A DNA stretch of 63,979 nucleotides, counting the filler, from Aduncisulcus paluster (Eukaryota): assembly GCA_024181965.1 (NCBI GenBank). It is 11 parts of 11 records of this genome, joined end to end, with 100 filler letters (N's around TTAATTAATTAA, not from the genome) between each part and the next. Parts side by side here need not be neighbours in the genome. Positions count along the whole stretch, not along the records: positions 9,603 to 20,251 come from BQXS01011415.1; positions 20,352 to 24,595 come from BQXS01011416.1; 9 more parts are not named here. One strand, given 5' to 3'. Shown piece after piece: positions 12,601 through 24,695 of this stretch. The translations under genes and the position numbers were made by a program. Below the pieces are notes generated by a model. It had not been told where the DNA came from and did no database searches. It saw nothing but the letters and a program-made list of their open reading frames with translations. Numbering within the stretch: position 1 is the stretch's first letter; each line of letters opens with the position of its first letter.

Positions 12601-13440
12601 TCTTCCTCTCCTTTCTCTTCTTCCTCTCTTCTTCCCTCAAATCCCAATGATATTGTAATTATCGATAATCCCACCGAACAATACTCTCATCCAACTCAAA
12701 CTGATCGTCTATTTTTGGATGCTTCTCACTTAAAAGAGGAACATCAGCATCATCGAATCGAACAAGACCTTCATATTTCCTCCCTCAAATCTCATTCAGC
12801 ACAAGAGATTATCGATACTGGTCACAATCATAAAAGGTGCTCTCGTAAGACTTGCGTCAGTGATCAACATTGTGCTCAAGGTCAACATAATCATATTTCC
12901 TCCAAACCTGTCATAAGGATACCTTTGGAGGTTATGACAAATGATATATTCAGCATCGATGAGATATATTGCGGAAAAGATGATTTTGATATTAGTCACG
13001 GCTCTGATGTACTCGATTCATCCTCTTCTCCCTCTCCTTCATTCTGTATTGCATGCGAATGTGCTTTATTAAGCTATCACAACATTTCAAGACAATCATC
13101 TGATGGCATTTCTACCATTCTTCCTGATGACGGTAAGATACGCCAGGATGTGGATAAATATAAGGAATTCATCAAGAAACACGATAATATTCCACTCTGT
13201 GAGGCATGTGTGGCTGGTGACAGGAGATCTTTGTATCTATTTTTAGTCAATCGACACCGATATCTTGAGAAACATCTATTTGAGCTTCGAAGTGTGTGCA
13301 GAGACTGTGGAGACACTGAAGAACTTTGTTCGGATATATTCTGCCCGATATTGTTAGAAATCGATAAAACAAGACGGAAATTATCATCAATATGTTCAGC
13401 AATGTTGGTCTGTTCGGAATGGGATGAATTTTTGGTGTGA
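9604..13440 (+). CDS. REV3: DNA polymerase zeta catalytic subunit (family B), 5'-partial
   Basis: PolB motifs VLDFKAMYP, YGDTDS, KLEK, KKRY and DAKGIEQIRRD; REV3-typical NCTYGYTSASYSGRMP and SRGSQYKVES; C-terminal Cys motifs (CIAC..CEAC, CRDC..CSDIFCP). The frame is open upstream of the 9784 ATG to the contig edge. Confidence 0.93.
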   Translation, partial: WQYFSQITPEKARSSSPPSSSSSSSSSSSSSCSSRKGQNHKKNSGSRTFSASSFSFSPLPMSNPTLSSLLKHGIHESVPHIDWKEARWIIQPRLHYYIELLYNNINNINTDNVFYSDVSFSTVHSYISMLLSPSLILPLLSSLSPLLLSLTHLSLTLSVDLHSVISRGSQYKVESVLTRLGRKYGFVFPSPSKYQVQRLMPPYQAIPLVMQPDTQFCGDYVLVLDFKAMYPAVIVAYNLGYRNCLGEIPDIIKKIDPEHHEIVIVDVKEKGEERGEERGEERGEERGEKEERDINKVDSIKLISAVEYSRREMLHISLKVKDNEKEKEEEEEKEEKGIGLDSMSYYQTANNQNQQVIRVLQSDLHDIMVPFGALSLKISPNLFISHESDIFVSYFGVPFLSPTVCPSLLSRMCAELLDTRELVKESIKYFKKMNANWEIKRRKAINLSKKILGSNSTGFVSSTLAHSLISQGQLKIDQNPPYPNSLLVHLNALQSSIKMVSNCTYGYTSASYSGRMPLIGLADTIVQLSRDILLKTKSIIESMSVIIQDANNTSDLGDEDEECDVSTHKRSRKVKLKVIYGDTDSVFVRVPVQSPNEAFNIGKKIVRIINSYFPPPITLKLEKLYHSCFFLTKKRYIGLAQSSSSSPDLFIDAKGIEQIRRDSSYLVTHLMRNITREALGSSNISRVKSIYDYYVEALFSNTLPFSCYSFCKEVKFHRYKSEATIPPHGALEMKNMRRVLHKLEKLTKKWKTFDCFGHPSSSSSSSSSFFSIEFESDLLTPIPGSRSSYYFSLSSPGTSLSDSAKHIQSLLLRPNDKAYPMPNLNYYYDRQCITPCGRICVLLGVDLESEWGKGQGWREREMRRKKEALFEQGERKIESMSRYNGIGGGGRIKIRKPRTLGIFGGMVCRNEIFKKKCCSQLHVSIIEHSIEIDPNDWLAPALIVGNKLYARKEMFQEKKKKKKKKKRKRERKGEKIFGSYEYFNRYLPKINISIYLAHSSSSPFSSSSLLPSNPNDIVIIDNPTEQYSHPTQTDRLFLDASHLKEEHQHHRIEQDLHISSLKSHSAQEIIDTGHNHKRCSRKTCVSDQHCAQGQHNHISSKPVIRIPLEVMTNDIFSIDEIYCGKDDFDISHGSDVLDSSSSPSPSFCIACECALLSYHNISRQSSDGISTILPDDGKIRQDVDKYKEFIKKHDNIPLCEACVAGDRRSLYLFLVNRHRYLEKHLFELRSVCRDCGDTEELCSDIFCPILLEIDKTRRKLSSICSAMLVCSEWDEFLV
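9646..9703 (+). repeat. (TCT)n poly-Ser microsatellite
   Basis: Long TCT run within the REV3 frame. Similar poly-Ser runs occur in Raptor and other CDSs. Confidence 0.85.
10413..10466 (+). repeat. 12-bp tandem repeat (GGAGAAGAGAGA) encoding GEER x4
   Basis: Seen directly in an insertion of REV3. Confidence 0.85.
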
Positions 13441-13928
13441 TTTTTGATCATGATTCTATCCTCGGACTCTCTTGGTCTATGATGTCATGATTTAATGATC
13501 TGATGCATGTTATGACTCTCTGGAGAGAAACATAATGACAAGTTTGTCATTGATAGATTGACATTCCTTGGCAATGAATGATTACAATGCATTTCATTGC
13601 ATATTCATGATTCATGTGTTGATGTATAACCGGTAGTTACCGGCATGTACCGGCTCTAATTCTCGATAATAAATTTGCTAGCCACCCTAAACAGGGTTAA
13701 CACATGAGTCATGGATAATTCATGTGAAGTAAAGAAATAGTTGAGGTTCAAAACCTTAGGTTCTTTTTGATTCAATTTGAATATTCAAATTTTCAAAATT
13801 TAATTTTGAATTCAAAAGTTTTGATTGTATGATACAATTTGTATCAAAGTCAAGAGACAAGGTTGTGGTCAGTGTCACTGGTCACGAATTTACCAAATAA
13901 AGACACTCTGATAATCAGAGGCTCTGAT

Positions 13929-16900
13929 TTATTGTATTTTCCCATAGATGGTCGCACAACCATCGAGAACATAATTAAAGACGTAAAGAGGAGCATTGGG
14001 ATGGAAAACGACATCATAGACTTTATCCATGGCTCCTATTGCTACGGCCAACATCATTTTTTGAGACACAGCACATATTCCTTTCCCGGTATCCAAGTTA
14101 TTTACAACAACATCGACTCCAACACTGGCAGCACAGAGAGGTAAAGAAGGATGTACCGCAAATTTAGATGCGTATCCTCCAAATTGCATTGAAAACAATT
14201 TCACAGGCGTGGTCAGATTTCTTCTGTCCCATTTGGCCACAGTTCCACGAGAATAGCCAGCCACAATGCTCTTACCATTATCATGGAGACTTGAATTAAT
14301 CAAAGAATCTTCAGTTAATTTAGAAGGATTTGATAGAGAAACCACAGTTTTTTGGCCCCTAATATCAAATAATTTGATGGTTGAATCGCTTTCTCCAACA
14401 CACAAATCATCATTTTTCAAAGAGATACTGTTCAACCCTCCACCACGAGTATAGAAACACATCTTTTCTTTTTCATTGATCAAATCCCATACCTTTAGGG
14501 GACTTCGAACGCCCTTGATAGCGGTAGCAACATGCTGCGATTCACCGTCAGCATCCAGAATAACAGGTCTCATCTCCCTTTGAATCACTCGCACAGAACC
14601 CTTGGATCCACCGAGTGAACTACTAATATATCCATGGTGGTGAGATGATTTTTTGGATAAAAACATCGATGAAATGAAAGATGTATCGATTAAACGTGTT
14701 GCAGAGCTTGATTCGTCCACGGCAAAGGATCCAACACTATAACAATTCTCAGAATCATGGAAATAAGCGTGAACACGAACACAACCATCTGTCCAACCTG
14801 ACAATAAGATATTCCGAGGAGTGTGTGTGTTAATAATCTTGAGAGAGGAAGAAGCCAATTGTACGCCGCCCAGAGCATTGGTTGACCCTATATGTTCGAC
14901 AGAATCCGAGCTTATGCTGCTACCAACCGAATGCACAGGAAATAGTTCAGTTGCTTTGGTCAAATCAAGATGCATATTATCGTTTTTCACGGCGTCAAAT
15001 GTGTGCATCACTTTTACAGTGTCTTTAGAACCATAATTGATAACACTTAGAGTATTGTTGTTGCTTCCACACACCAAAAGAGGATTGTGTGGATGGAAAC
15101 ACATGGTACCACAAATACCACCTCGGAAAGAACATACCTCTCGTTCAAAATCGATATCACTGACCTTGATATCATGGATGTTAGCCTCACGGTCTTTCAA
15201 TCTTGACAAGTAAGCATGTTGTTCAGGAAGGGCACTCACAGAAACGATGGTATCACCGGTTTGACATTTTGTATATTGTTTATATATATCACTGGCAATC
15301 ACTTTGTTATGGGTTTCAATCAAACTTGAGCTTTCTTTGCCAACTTTTCGGGGTCTTCTTGACTTGACACGTCTTGATGGATCCTTGGAAGCCAATTCAG
15401 CATCAAGAATTGGATACACGAAAGAAGCGTTCCTTTGAGATTTTAATTGTTTTTTGGTAGTTTTGGCTGGTGTACCATGCATTCCAAAGAGGAAAGCGTC
15501 TTTTTCTCCAGCTTTTGCCAACGTTTGTGCCTCCTCAGAGTTTGGCAAAGCACACAATAAAGCACAATGGTCATTAACATCAAATATTGCATGTAACATG
15601 GCTCTTTCCTGTACATTCTTTGGCAACAGCTGCGTAGTCTCAAAGGTCTCATTGGTGCCTAATGAAGCTCCCTCGTCTGATCCCTCACGTTCCTCAATAT
15701 CCCGATATGAATCCATTGAAGAAGCCAACAAAGATGGGGTTCTTACTCTATTTATAGATTTTTGAAGAAGAAGAAGAAGAAGAGGAAGAAGAAGAAGAGG
15801 AGGAAGGTATTTTATCCTTTGTGGATGATTTTCCAGCGTCAGAAGAAGAAGAATTTCCTCCTGCAGTGCTTCCTGACACATTGAAATGAGAAGGAACATT
15901 CCCACTTTTCTTTGTACTCGAAGAACCATTAGATTTCATTCCAGATACATCTCCAACACCTCCAGCTGTACCTCCAGCTGTACCTGACTTTGAACCAGCA
16001 GCAGAATCATATTGAGCTCCTCTTGGAGTCTGATCTGATATTGAAACACTCTCACTCTCAGAGATACTTGCTTCATCTATTTCTTCCATAACTTCGTCCT
16101 TAACAATGGCACGCTGTTTTTCTCTCCATTTCTTTAGGTTGCTAAAGTCTGTCAAAAAGGGAGTATTATGCATAGCTAAATTACGCCCATCAATTGATTT
16201 CACAGTACTCAGGGAAGCCTTGAACACTCTTTCCTTTTGCTTTTTCTCGGATCTTCCTTCTTTTCTCACAATTTCCACATCAAAGGAATTTGGACAACGA
16301 GAAAGTAATGAATTGCACTGCGAACCTACAGGAGTCAAATACTGCAATCTCGTGTTTAAATTAGGATAATAATGCTCTTGCTCAACGCCAATAATCTCAT
16401 CCACACATTTCCTCTCGAACTCTTCATCATCTTCCTCTCTTCCTTCGTGATTAACCATCTCCTTATCTTTGGAATCAAGCACTATTGATGACACAGAATC
16501 AACAGAAGAAGAAATTCCAGTGGGGGAGACAACAAAAGGAAGAAGAGAGGAGGAGGATGAGGAAGAGGAAGAGGAGGATCCAACTAAAAATGTAGAATTT
16601 GAAGCAGAAGCTTGGTGTTGGTGCTGTGCAAGCTGGTGTTGCTGCTGAACATGCAACTGAACGATTTTCTTTTCCCATAATGCTTTCTTTCTATCTCGCT
16701 TATCTTTCAACTGTTGTATCAAATGGAAAGGCATTGGAATCTTTAATATTGATGAATGCTGGCGTAGTGAGAACAACGAGAAGATGGCATCCCCACACCT
16801 GCCCAATAAACTCTTCTGAGCTACAATAACCCGGCACCAATTGCAATAAGGGTCAAATACACTCTCTGAACATAATCTTCGAACTCCCCGTTTATCTAAA

Positions 16901-19900
16901 ATAACACCATGGATTGGACAGACACACATGTGAGTGTGTGAGAGAGCAGCACCAACAGCCGCTGCACGGTGGTTTGTATTCTTCAATAGAGGTGTGCACA
17001 CAGCTCTTCCTGCCAATCTAGAGATCCGAGAGAGAGAAAATGAAGCATATCGCAATGTCAATACGGCAAGACGAAGAGAAGCACAGGCCAGATTGGCCAG
17101 CTCCTCATTAAAAGCTCTCGATATCGATTGGATATGTTGTACTTTATGGCTTAAATGTAGGTTATAATGACTAAAAGTGGCCTCCAAACCACGATGCTCG
17201 TGAGAAACAAGATGAGAAGAAGATCCCGAAATAGAAGATGAGGAATGTTTGGGTTGTAGAGTTGAGAAAGATGAAGATCCGATCGGGAAAGATGGTATTT
17301 TTGGCATGGATGATGCTGTAATCGTTGAAGAAGAAGAGGAAGAGGAAGCCGACAATCCAACTTTGGAATCCAGATCTTTTCCATCTCCAGATAAATTTGA
17401 AGGCAGCGATGAAACATTACTTGATTCGATTGACAATAAAGATGATCCATGCTGTTGATGTTGAATATGCCGTATTTCAGACTTTCTCCCGACTTGTCCG
17501 ATGCTTGGATTAGACAATGCAGAAGTATTAGCCCCGACGGTGGGAGGAGTAAAAGCTACAGCTCCTTCAGCATCATGAACACCATCGGAGTCATATGAGG
17601 AAGCTCTGCGACCAATTGAAGAGGAAGAGGAGGAAGAGGAGTTAGGAGCATTGGTAGTCATATGAAGGTGGGATTGAACAAGAGTTGAGTGCGGATTCGT
17701 CGAAGAAGAGGAGGAAGAAGAGGAGGAAGAAGAACCACTTGGGGTAAATACTGTTCGAGACTTTGATCCAATAACATCTCCATGATCTGCAGTTGAGGCT
17801 GTTCCAGGAATTTCTGAACTTATTTTCTTTATCATTTCTTCACACACAGCATGCACAGCAGCCGTCCTTTCTTGAAGAACATTATGCCCTTCTTTTATGC
17901 TATCCAATTGCATCAAAACATCATCAATGGCTCTGAAATCAATCAACACTCGGCATAAAGATACATCCTCAAGAGCAGATCGCACGACACGAGCTGTGAA
18001 TGCAATGTCATGGCAAGGATCAAGGGAATGAAGCATTAAGAACTGCAGAACAGTTTCCATCCATCCGATCAGTTCTTGGTCGTGTGCAAATCGTTTGTAA
18101 GTTGTGTATTCAGATGCATTAAATGACTCAAGACAAGTAGAATCAATCCTACAGGTGCTTCCAGACCTTTTTCTTGAAGAGTGATGGTGACTATGGCTAT
18201 GACTATGATGGTGATGAATGTGAGTACGACTCGAGGGAAATTGTTGAGAGGGTTGATGCTGATTAGCTCCACCTGTAGCTGAAGAGGAATGTAAATGACC
18301 TCTTTTGAGACTACCGGTAGAAGCCGATGAAATACCGGTGGCAAATTGTGAAGTGGCGGTGGGAGTGGAAGAACTCCCGGCGGAACCGGCGGAAGCGGAA
18401 GAAGTTGTGGATAACAGCGAAGTATGTTGAGGGTGTTGATATTGTTTCTGCTGCTGGTGATGATGTTGATGCTGTTTTGTGGCTGTGATTGTTGATTTGT
18501 GGCCTGTTGTTTGTCTTTCCTGGTCGCTATCACTAAGATCCAAGGAAGAGGGAGAGAATGCACACCCTTGAGCTCCATGACTAGTCTCTTTATGATCATC
18601 CAAGGTATACTGTACTGAATCTGCAGCATGTTGCTGAGGTAAAGAAGAGGAGGAAGAAGAGGAGGAAGTTGTATGAAGATCGAATGCAGAGGTGTGCACA
18701 AGGGTTTGTGAGGAACGTTGCGCAGAAGAGTTTTGATGGTCTTTCATGAAGGAAGTTAAACCATCAGGTGTAACATCCGCAACAATATCAGTATGATCAT
18801 CAATGTCGTCTTCTTCATGGCCAGATAAGCCCATGAACACATTGCTCACACATTTGCTGAGAAGTTCGTGACTCGCATTTGCTTTAATTCTCTTTGTCAC
18901 GTTCAATGAGTTTCTCATAATCAACTCTGAAGCATATGAAGGGATTCGCAGAACGGCCAGGAGAGCACGACAAAACACACAAAAATATTCTTTTCTCACA
19001 AATTCACACATGTCATTAGGGAGTTGGACAATAAGTGACTTTAGATTGGGCAATAGTGTATCGTTCGTGGGTTGATTTGGACTAGTGGTGGTACCTGTAG
19101 TTCCACCTGTAGTTCCACCTGTAGTTCCACCGAGAGTACCGGTTCCACCGAGAGTACCGGTTGGACCTATTGAAGTAGAACTCAGGGAAGAAGGAATTGA
19201 GTGGGAAGAAGGAATAGAATGCATTGAAGAAAGACTCCCCATGCTCCCAAAACTCTGAATTCCCTGTGATTGTCCTTGTTGAGTGTGTTGATAGAAAGCG
19301 TTTGAAGAAGAAGATTGCATAATGCCACCATAATTTATACATCTACTGATGCCTATCTGATGGAAATAAGACGATGGGACATGAGTATATTTAAACAAAG
19401 CATAACAAGCGGCAGCTCTAACTTCTGGAACGTCATCACTAAGTAAAATGACCAATAAAACTTTTCGAATGTCCGTGTGGAGTTCCTTTAAGCTCTGAGC
19501 CTGTTTATCCCTTAAATCTCTTGAAGATCCAGTCATAGAACTTGCATGATTATCTCTCATTAACTTTAGACTACTCCCACTGTGGTCTCGAGAAAAGATA
19601 GGGGCATTCCCAACGGCCATAGACGAAGGCACTGAGGATATTGGGGTGATAGATGACTCTTCAAGGGAGGCAGAGTCAATATAACGGAGTAATAGACACG
19701 TCCAGATTCGAATGACAGGGATATGGGAACTCAGCAAGGTACAAAGACCCCGACACAAATGACCTTTGCCGATAGGAGACTTGTTTATATTATATCCATG
19801 TGCACACATCCTTGTAACTATAGTTAATGCAAGATAACGAATGTCAGGACGTTGGTTTTTCTTCAGCATGGTCGCCAACAATATCCTTTCCTTCGAGGAG

Positions 19901-20251
19901 TCAGATAAAACGTTGAGGGATTCCTTTGAATGAGCGGTTATCTTGGCAATGCAAAACAACAAGAGTTGAAGGTTCTTCTCAGAACACGCAGGGTTCATTA
20001 AATGAAAGAAATAAGGGTATGCTTCAATAGCAATCATCTGCTTAACTGCCCAAGGTCCATAATCAAGGAACCTGGCCAAAAGAGTCAAAGCCCTTTCCCG
20101 CAATGGAATGTGGAGGAGACACTGAATAACAATTGGAAGGAGAGTAGGGGAACGACGAGCTGGAACGACAGAATCAAGCCACACTTCAAAAGCATTCAAT
20201 TGGTCAGGAAAGAATGATAAGAACATGTTTGAAGATGGGTGTTTTTTGATA
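13929..20251 (-). CDS. RPTOR: Raptor/KOG1 (TORC1 subunit), 5'-partial, one frameshift near 15750-15765
   Basis: FFPDQLNAFEVWL..LPIVIQCLL..RALTLLARFLDYGPWAV and DDVPEVRAAACYAL are Raptor HEAT-region signatures (ORF 15748-20226). The C-terminal WD40 propeller (FHPHNPLLVCG, LLSGWTDGCVRV, LKVWDL, IKLFDIR, AVHPSLPL) is in ORF 13929-15929. Confidence 0.9.
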
Positions 20252-20353
20252 NNNNNNNNNNNNNNNNNNNNNNNNNNNNNNNNNNNNNNNNNNNNTTAAT
20301 TAATTAANNNNNNNNNNNNNNNNNNNNNNNNNNNNNNNNNNNNNNNNNNNNCC

Positions 20354-21630
20354 ATTCCTTCGTCCCCCGGTGATAATAATAATGGTCCTACATTAAGCAG
20401 ACCATCTGTGAAGAAAGCAGGCGATATATCTCGTAAGCGTCACAAAGAAGAAGAAAAAGAAAAGGAAGAAGAATTCGATGATGATGAGTCATCCAATTCG
20501 ATGGATGATCTTGCTGCTGAGAAAAAAGAACTTGAAAGAATGCTGGAAGAAGGCGGGATGGATAGTATGGATGGTGAAGATGAGAGTGAAGAAGAAGATG
20601 ACTTTGGAAGTAGAAACCCCAAGGAAAAGCAGCAAACATCGTTGACACGGAGGGAAGAAGAAAAGAAAAAGAAAAGGAAGAAGAATTCGATGATGATGAG
20701 TCATCCAATTCGATGGATGATCTTGCTGCTGAGAAAAAAGAACTTGAAAGAATGCTGGAAGAAGGCGGGATGGATAGTATGGATGGTGAAGATGAGAGTG
20801 AAGAAGAAGATGACTTTGGAAGTAGAAACCCCAAGGAAAAGCAGCAAACATCGTTGACACGGAGGGAAGAAGAAAAGAAGACAAAGAAACAGAAGAAGAA
20901 TGTCTCCAAACACAAAGAAGAGGATTCTGAGAATGATCTCTTCGATGTTATGGATTCCCTTGAGAAAGAAAGGAAAGAAGCGGCCAGACGGAGGAAGAAA
21001 CATCCCAAGAAAACTGTTGATTTCCTCAACCCTGATATTGCTCTCTCTTCATGTCATAAACCCAAGAAAGACTCCACGATTAAGTCTCAATCAAAGAAAG
21101 ATGAAGATACTTTCAGCGAAGAATCAGATGGAGAGTATGGTGGAATAGTGTTTGATAGTCAACAAACCCAAGGATCTTCCATGTTCACTGGTGGAGCGTG
21201 GGGCGATATTGAAACACAAGAAAAGTCGAAATCCATTGAAGCTGAACCAATTCGGAGTTCATCTTCAGGTCATTCTTCATTCCATTCCTCACAATCCATG
21301 AGTCGTGAACAGGATCAGGGAGAGGGAGAAAAAGAGATGGAATCCCACTTCCCATCTAAACTTTCTCAGTTTCCATCTCAAATATATTCACATTCACAAT
21401 TACCTTCTCAGAAAAGTATGGTTGGAAGTATCGAAGCTTCATGTTCTCTCAGTGCGATAGATGAAGACATAGAGGAGAAGAAAAGGCCTGGAAAGGGTAC
21501 AAAAAGGAAAAGTACAACATCAAAAAAGGAAACAAAACCAAAGAAGAAAGAGAAGGTGAAAAAGGATGAGAAAGAAAAGAAAAAGGCAAAGAAATCAAAA
21601 CCTTCAAAATCATTATTAGATTATTTTTAA
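20354..21630 (+). CDS. Acidic/Lys-rich C-terminal part of a protein ending in a PIP-box-like motif, 5'-partial
   Basis: The frame is open from the contig edge and is interrupted by a 212-bp out-of-frame tandem duplication. It ends KKSKPSKSLLDYF*. Confidence 0.7.
20452..20877. repeat. 212-bp tandem duplication
   Basis: gaattcgatgatgatgag... starts at 20471 and at 20683; the copies appear identical. Confidence 0.9.
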
Positions 21631-21895
21631 TGTTGTTAGCAAATTTTCAATATTTCAAAAATTATAAGGTTGTAATTCTATTGAGATTCAATCTCGAAAC
21701 TTTCGAGTTGAATTTTCCCTTTAGTTATGCTCTTCATCAATTTTTCATAAAATAAAAGTTTATATTTTCTCTACGTTGTAATATTATTCCAAATAATTCG
21801 ACTAAATGCATTTTATTGGTTAGCATTTGAGCATATTTTCATTTTTCAACTTCTTTGGGCAAATTAACAATTAAAATAATATAAGAAGAATACAA

Positions 21896-24595
21896 ATGCC
21901 ATGTCAAAATCCCATTGAAACTGGTCCATTTGTGTTTCAATCGAAAGAAGATGATTCATTTATTGTAGATTCAACTGGTGATATTTCGGATGTTGGCCGG
22001 ATTCCAACTGAAGATATTGATGGATCGCGTATGCTTAGTACTAAACATATTGAATTAGAAAGAAAACAAGCAATAGACATGTGGGTTCAGCTCCTGATAA
22101 ATCAGAGCAAAAGAAAATACGATAACCTTATAAATTTACCTTACAGTTCAAAATCCATTGAAATTTTGCATGCAGAACGCGTTTTACATGAAACTTGGAC
22201 TCTAAAAGATCCTCATCCATGTTCATTTTTGTATTCATTTTTATTGAAAGCTTTCCTCCCATTGTTTAATCGTGAAGATGTAGCTACTTTTTGTTTTAAA
22301 GTATTAGCCCCATTTTTGCGTGGAAAAATAACAGCCCACTTAATCGACGATGAGATAGCTCGTGTTTCCGAGCTGAATGAAAGACAAACTCATGGAACCG
22401 ATTATAGCGAACTGAGTGCTGACGATACATGTGACGCCGATGAGGCGTATCCCTGTGTTTCCGAGATTTGTGGGACTTCAATGGCTCCTGCTATGACATC
22501 CGATTCGAATCCTCTTGGAAGCTCCCCCCTCGCGACTGAATCTCACCATTCGGGTGATTCCATCCCAGTGAAGAGTCTACAACAGCGTATTGGAGGCAAT
22601 GTCATCATTATTAATACAATAGATGGAGAAGAAGATGATGAAACCAGCCGTAGTCTCAGCGATGCTGCCCTCAGGCTATATGGTCGAAGAAAAAGTTCAT
22701 TTAGTGCATCTGACGATCAACCAATCCTTCATTCACACAGATCGCCCATTTCAAAGCGAGAAGAGCGTCAAGGGGACCGTTCACATTCCTTCTTGCCTCC
22801 CCTCTCTCCTTCATCCCACCATATTCCCATTACTGAGGATCCGACTCAACAACTCAGTGAGAGCGAAAGTGGAACTCTTCTTCAACAATCTGGTGAAGTG
22901 ACAGGAGAAAAGTCTTCTCCCTTATCTTCCCAAGTGGCTCTCCAAGGACCCTCCTCTTCTTCCTCTTCCTCTTCCTCTTCATCTTCCATCTCGGATATGA
23001 TTCCCACGATGCCTAAAAAGATATTTGTTGAAGTAGTCCACCCCTCTGTGATCTCATCTCTCCTTCTCCTTGCCATGAACACGTTCTCTCCAACTGCTCC
23101 TCTTCCAAATCTCCTGGCCGCACCATTCATACCTCCACATGTGTCTCTGGAGCATACCGCAGCTGCAAGGGCAAGGGAGAAACAACAGCAAGAGAATGAC
23201 ATGATGTCGACAGAGGGCAAGATCAAAGAAAAGATTAGCTTGCGACCTTCGATGGCGCCTGTGGGGATGGTTCCCATTCATGATACCAAAGAGGCCGAGA
23301 TGTGGACATTTAACAGTCAGAGGCGGAACACTCGAGACGGAGTGGATGCTGAGGAGGACGTATATCACATCAGGAAATCATTGGATCCAGAGAAAGATCA
23401 GAAAACTACAACTGGAGAAACATCCCTCACTTCACAGCAACAGACACCTCAAGGGTTTGAAGAAGAAGAAGGGCAGCCACCGGCTGGAACCGAAGAATTC
23501 GATGCCGATCAAGTTCGTCTGACTTCGCCTCTGGCATGTGATGTGGCCGTTAGCCATGTTGTTCAACGGCTTATTTCTGACGGAGAACGCCGGAAAAAGA
23601 AAGAAATAGAAATTGAGAAGAAACGACTTGATGGTGAAGAACGTGAGAAGAAGAGGAAACATCAAAGAGAAAAAGTTGGAAACCACGTCAGAAAAGTCCT
23701 TTCTCACCGAAGAAGTAGTATTCATACTCCTAAGAAAGATCATCGTAAGGCTTCAGCCTCTGTTTCAAGTCGGCAAGGTCAGATCGGTGATGCTTCAACT
23801 CCTCACCCTCGGGATCAGTGCCAACAACCTTCCCCAACTTCCTCTCGGGTGAGACCTAGAGGTTCTATTCTCAACACCTTCAAAGGATCGACTGCCAATA
23901 CCTCCCAGTTGCCTCCTTCCCTTCTTGTCGATTCCTCTCCCTCCGCAACTTCCACCCATGCCTCCCCTTCCCCCTCCCTCTCTCCCTCTGCTCCTTCCAA
24001 CTACAAGCAGGCCACGCGTCTTGAGAAGGAATATCTTGTCCGACGCATCAAGTTATTGTTACACACAGTGCGTCACTCTCCTCCTATGTCAGATTCCGTC
24101 AGTACGGCTGTATCTGAGCTCACTGGTGCACCCTTCTTGAGGCGTATAAAGCTTCTCATTGGAGAGACCCAGGTTGCTCTGATCAATAGTGAGATTGAGG
24201 CCTGGAAGAGACATGTAGATCAGATCGTGAAAGATGACTTTATTCCCAACCGCGAGAAGAGAGCCAAAGCTGATTACAAAGCTGAACAGGCCCATCTGGC
24301 CAACCTCAGACGCTGGGAAAAAGGGCATCTCGAACGTGAGAAGAGACGACAGGAATGGATGGATGCTATGGCTGACAGAGACAGGCGGAAGAGGGAAAGA
24401 TATGACCTGGATCAGCAGAGAGCCGAGAGAGAGGAAGAGAGGAACAAGAAAATGTCAGAGATTGAACATTGGGAGAAAATGTATGAAGCTAAGGAAACAA
24501 AGAGGAAGAGGAAGTCTGCTCTGAAGAAGAAGCTACGTGAACTTCAGAGGAGGAAAGAACATCGGGCTTTGGCAAGAAAGGGAAGAAAAGAGGCT
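21896..24595 (+). CDS. Hypothetical low-complexity/coiled-coil protein, 3'-partial
   Basis: About 900-aa ORF with an ATG after an AT-rich intergenic region; charged coiled-coil C-terminal part. Confidence 0.85.
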
Positions 24596-24695
24596 NNNNN
24601 NNNNNNNNNNNNNNNNNNNNNNNNNNNNNNNNNNNNNNNTTAATTAATTAANNNNNNNNNNNNNNNNNNNNNNNNNNNNNNNNNNNNNNNNNNNN

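Noticed and set aside
20452-20877. 212-bp tandem duplication as a real pseudogenising event
   Set aside because: The copies are identical, bounded by GAA-rich low-complexity sequence, near a contig end and out of frame. Misassembly is more likely, though reads are needed to confirm.
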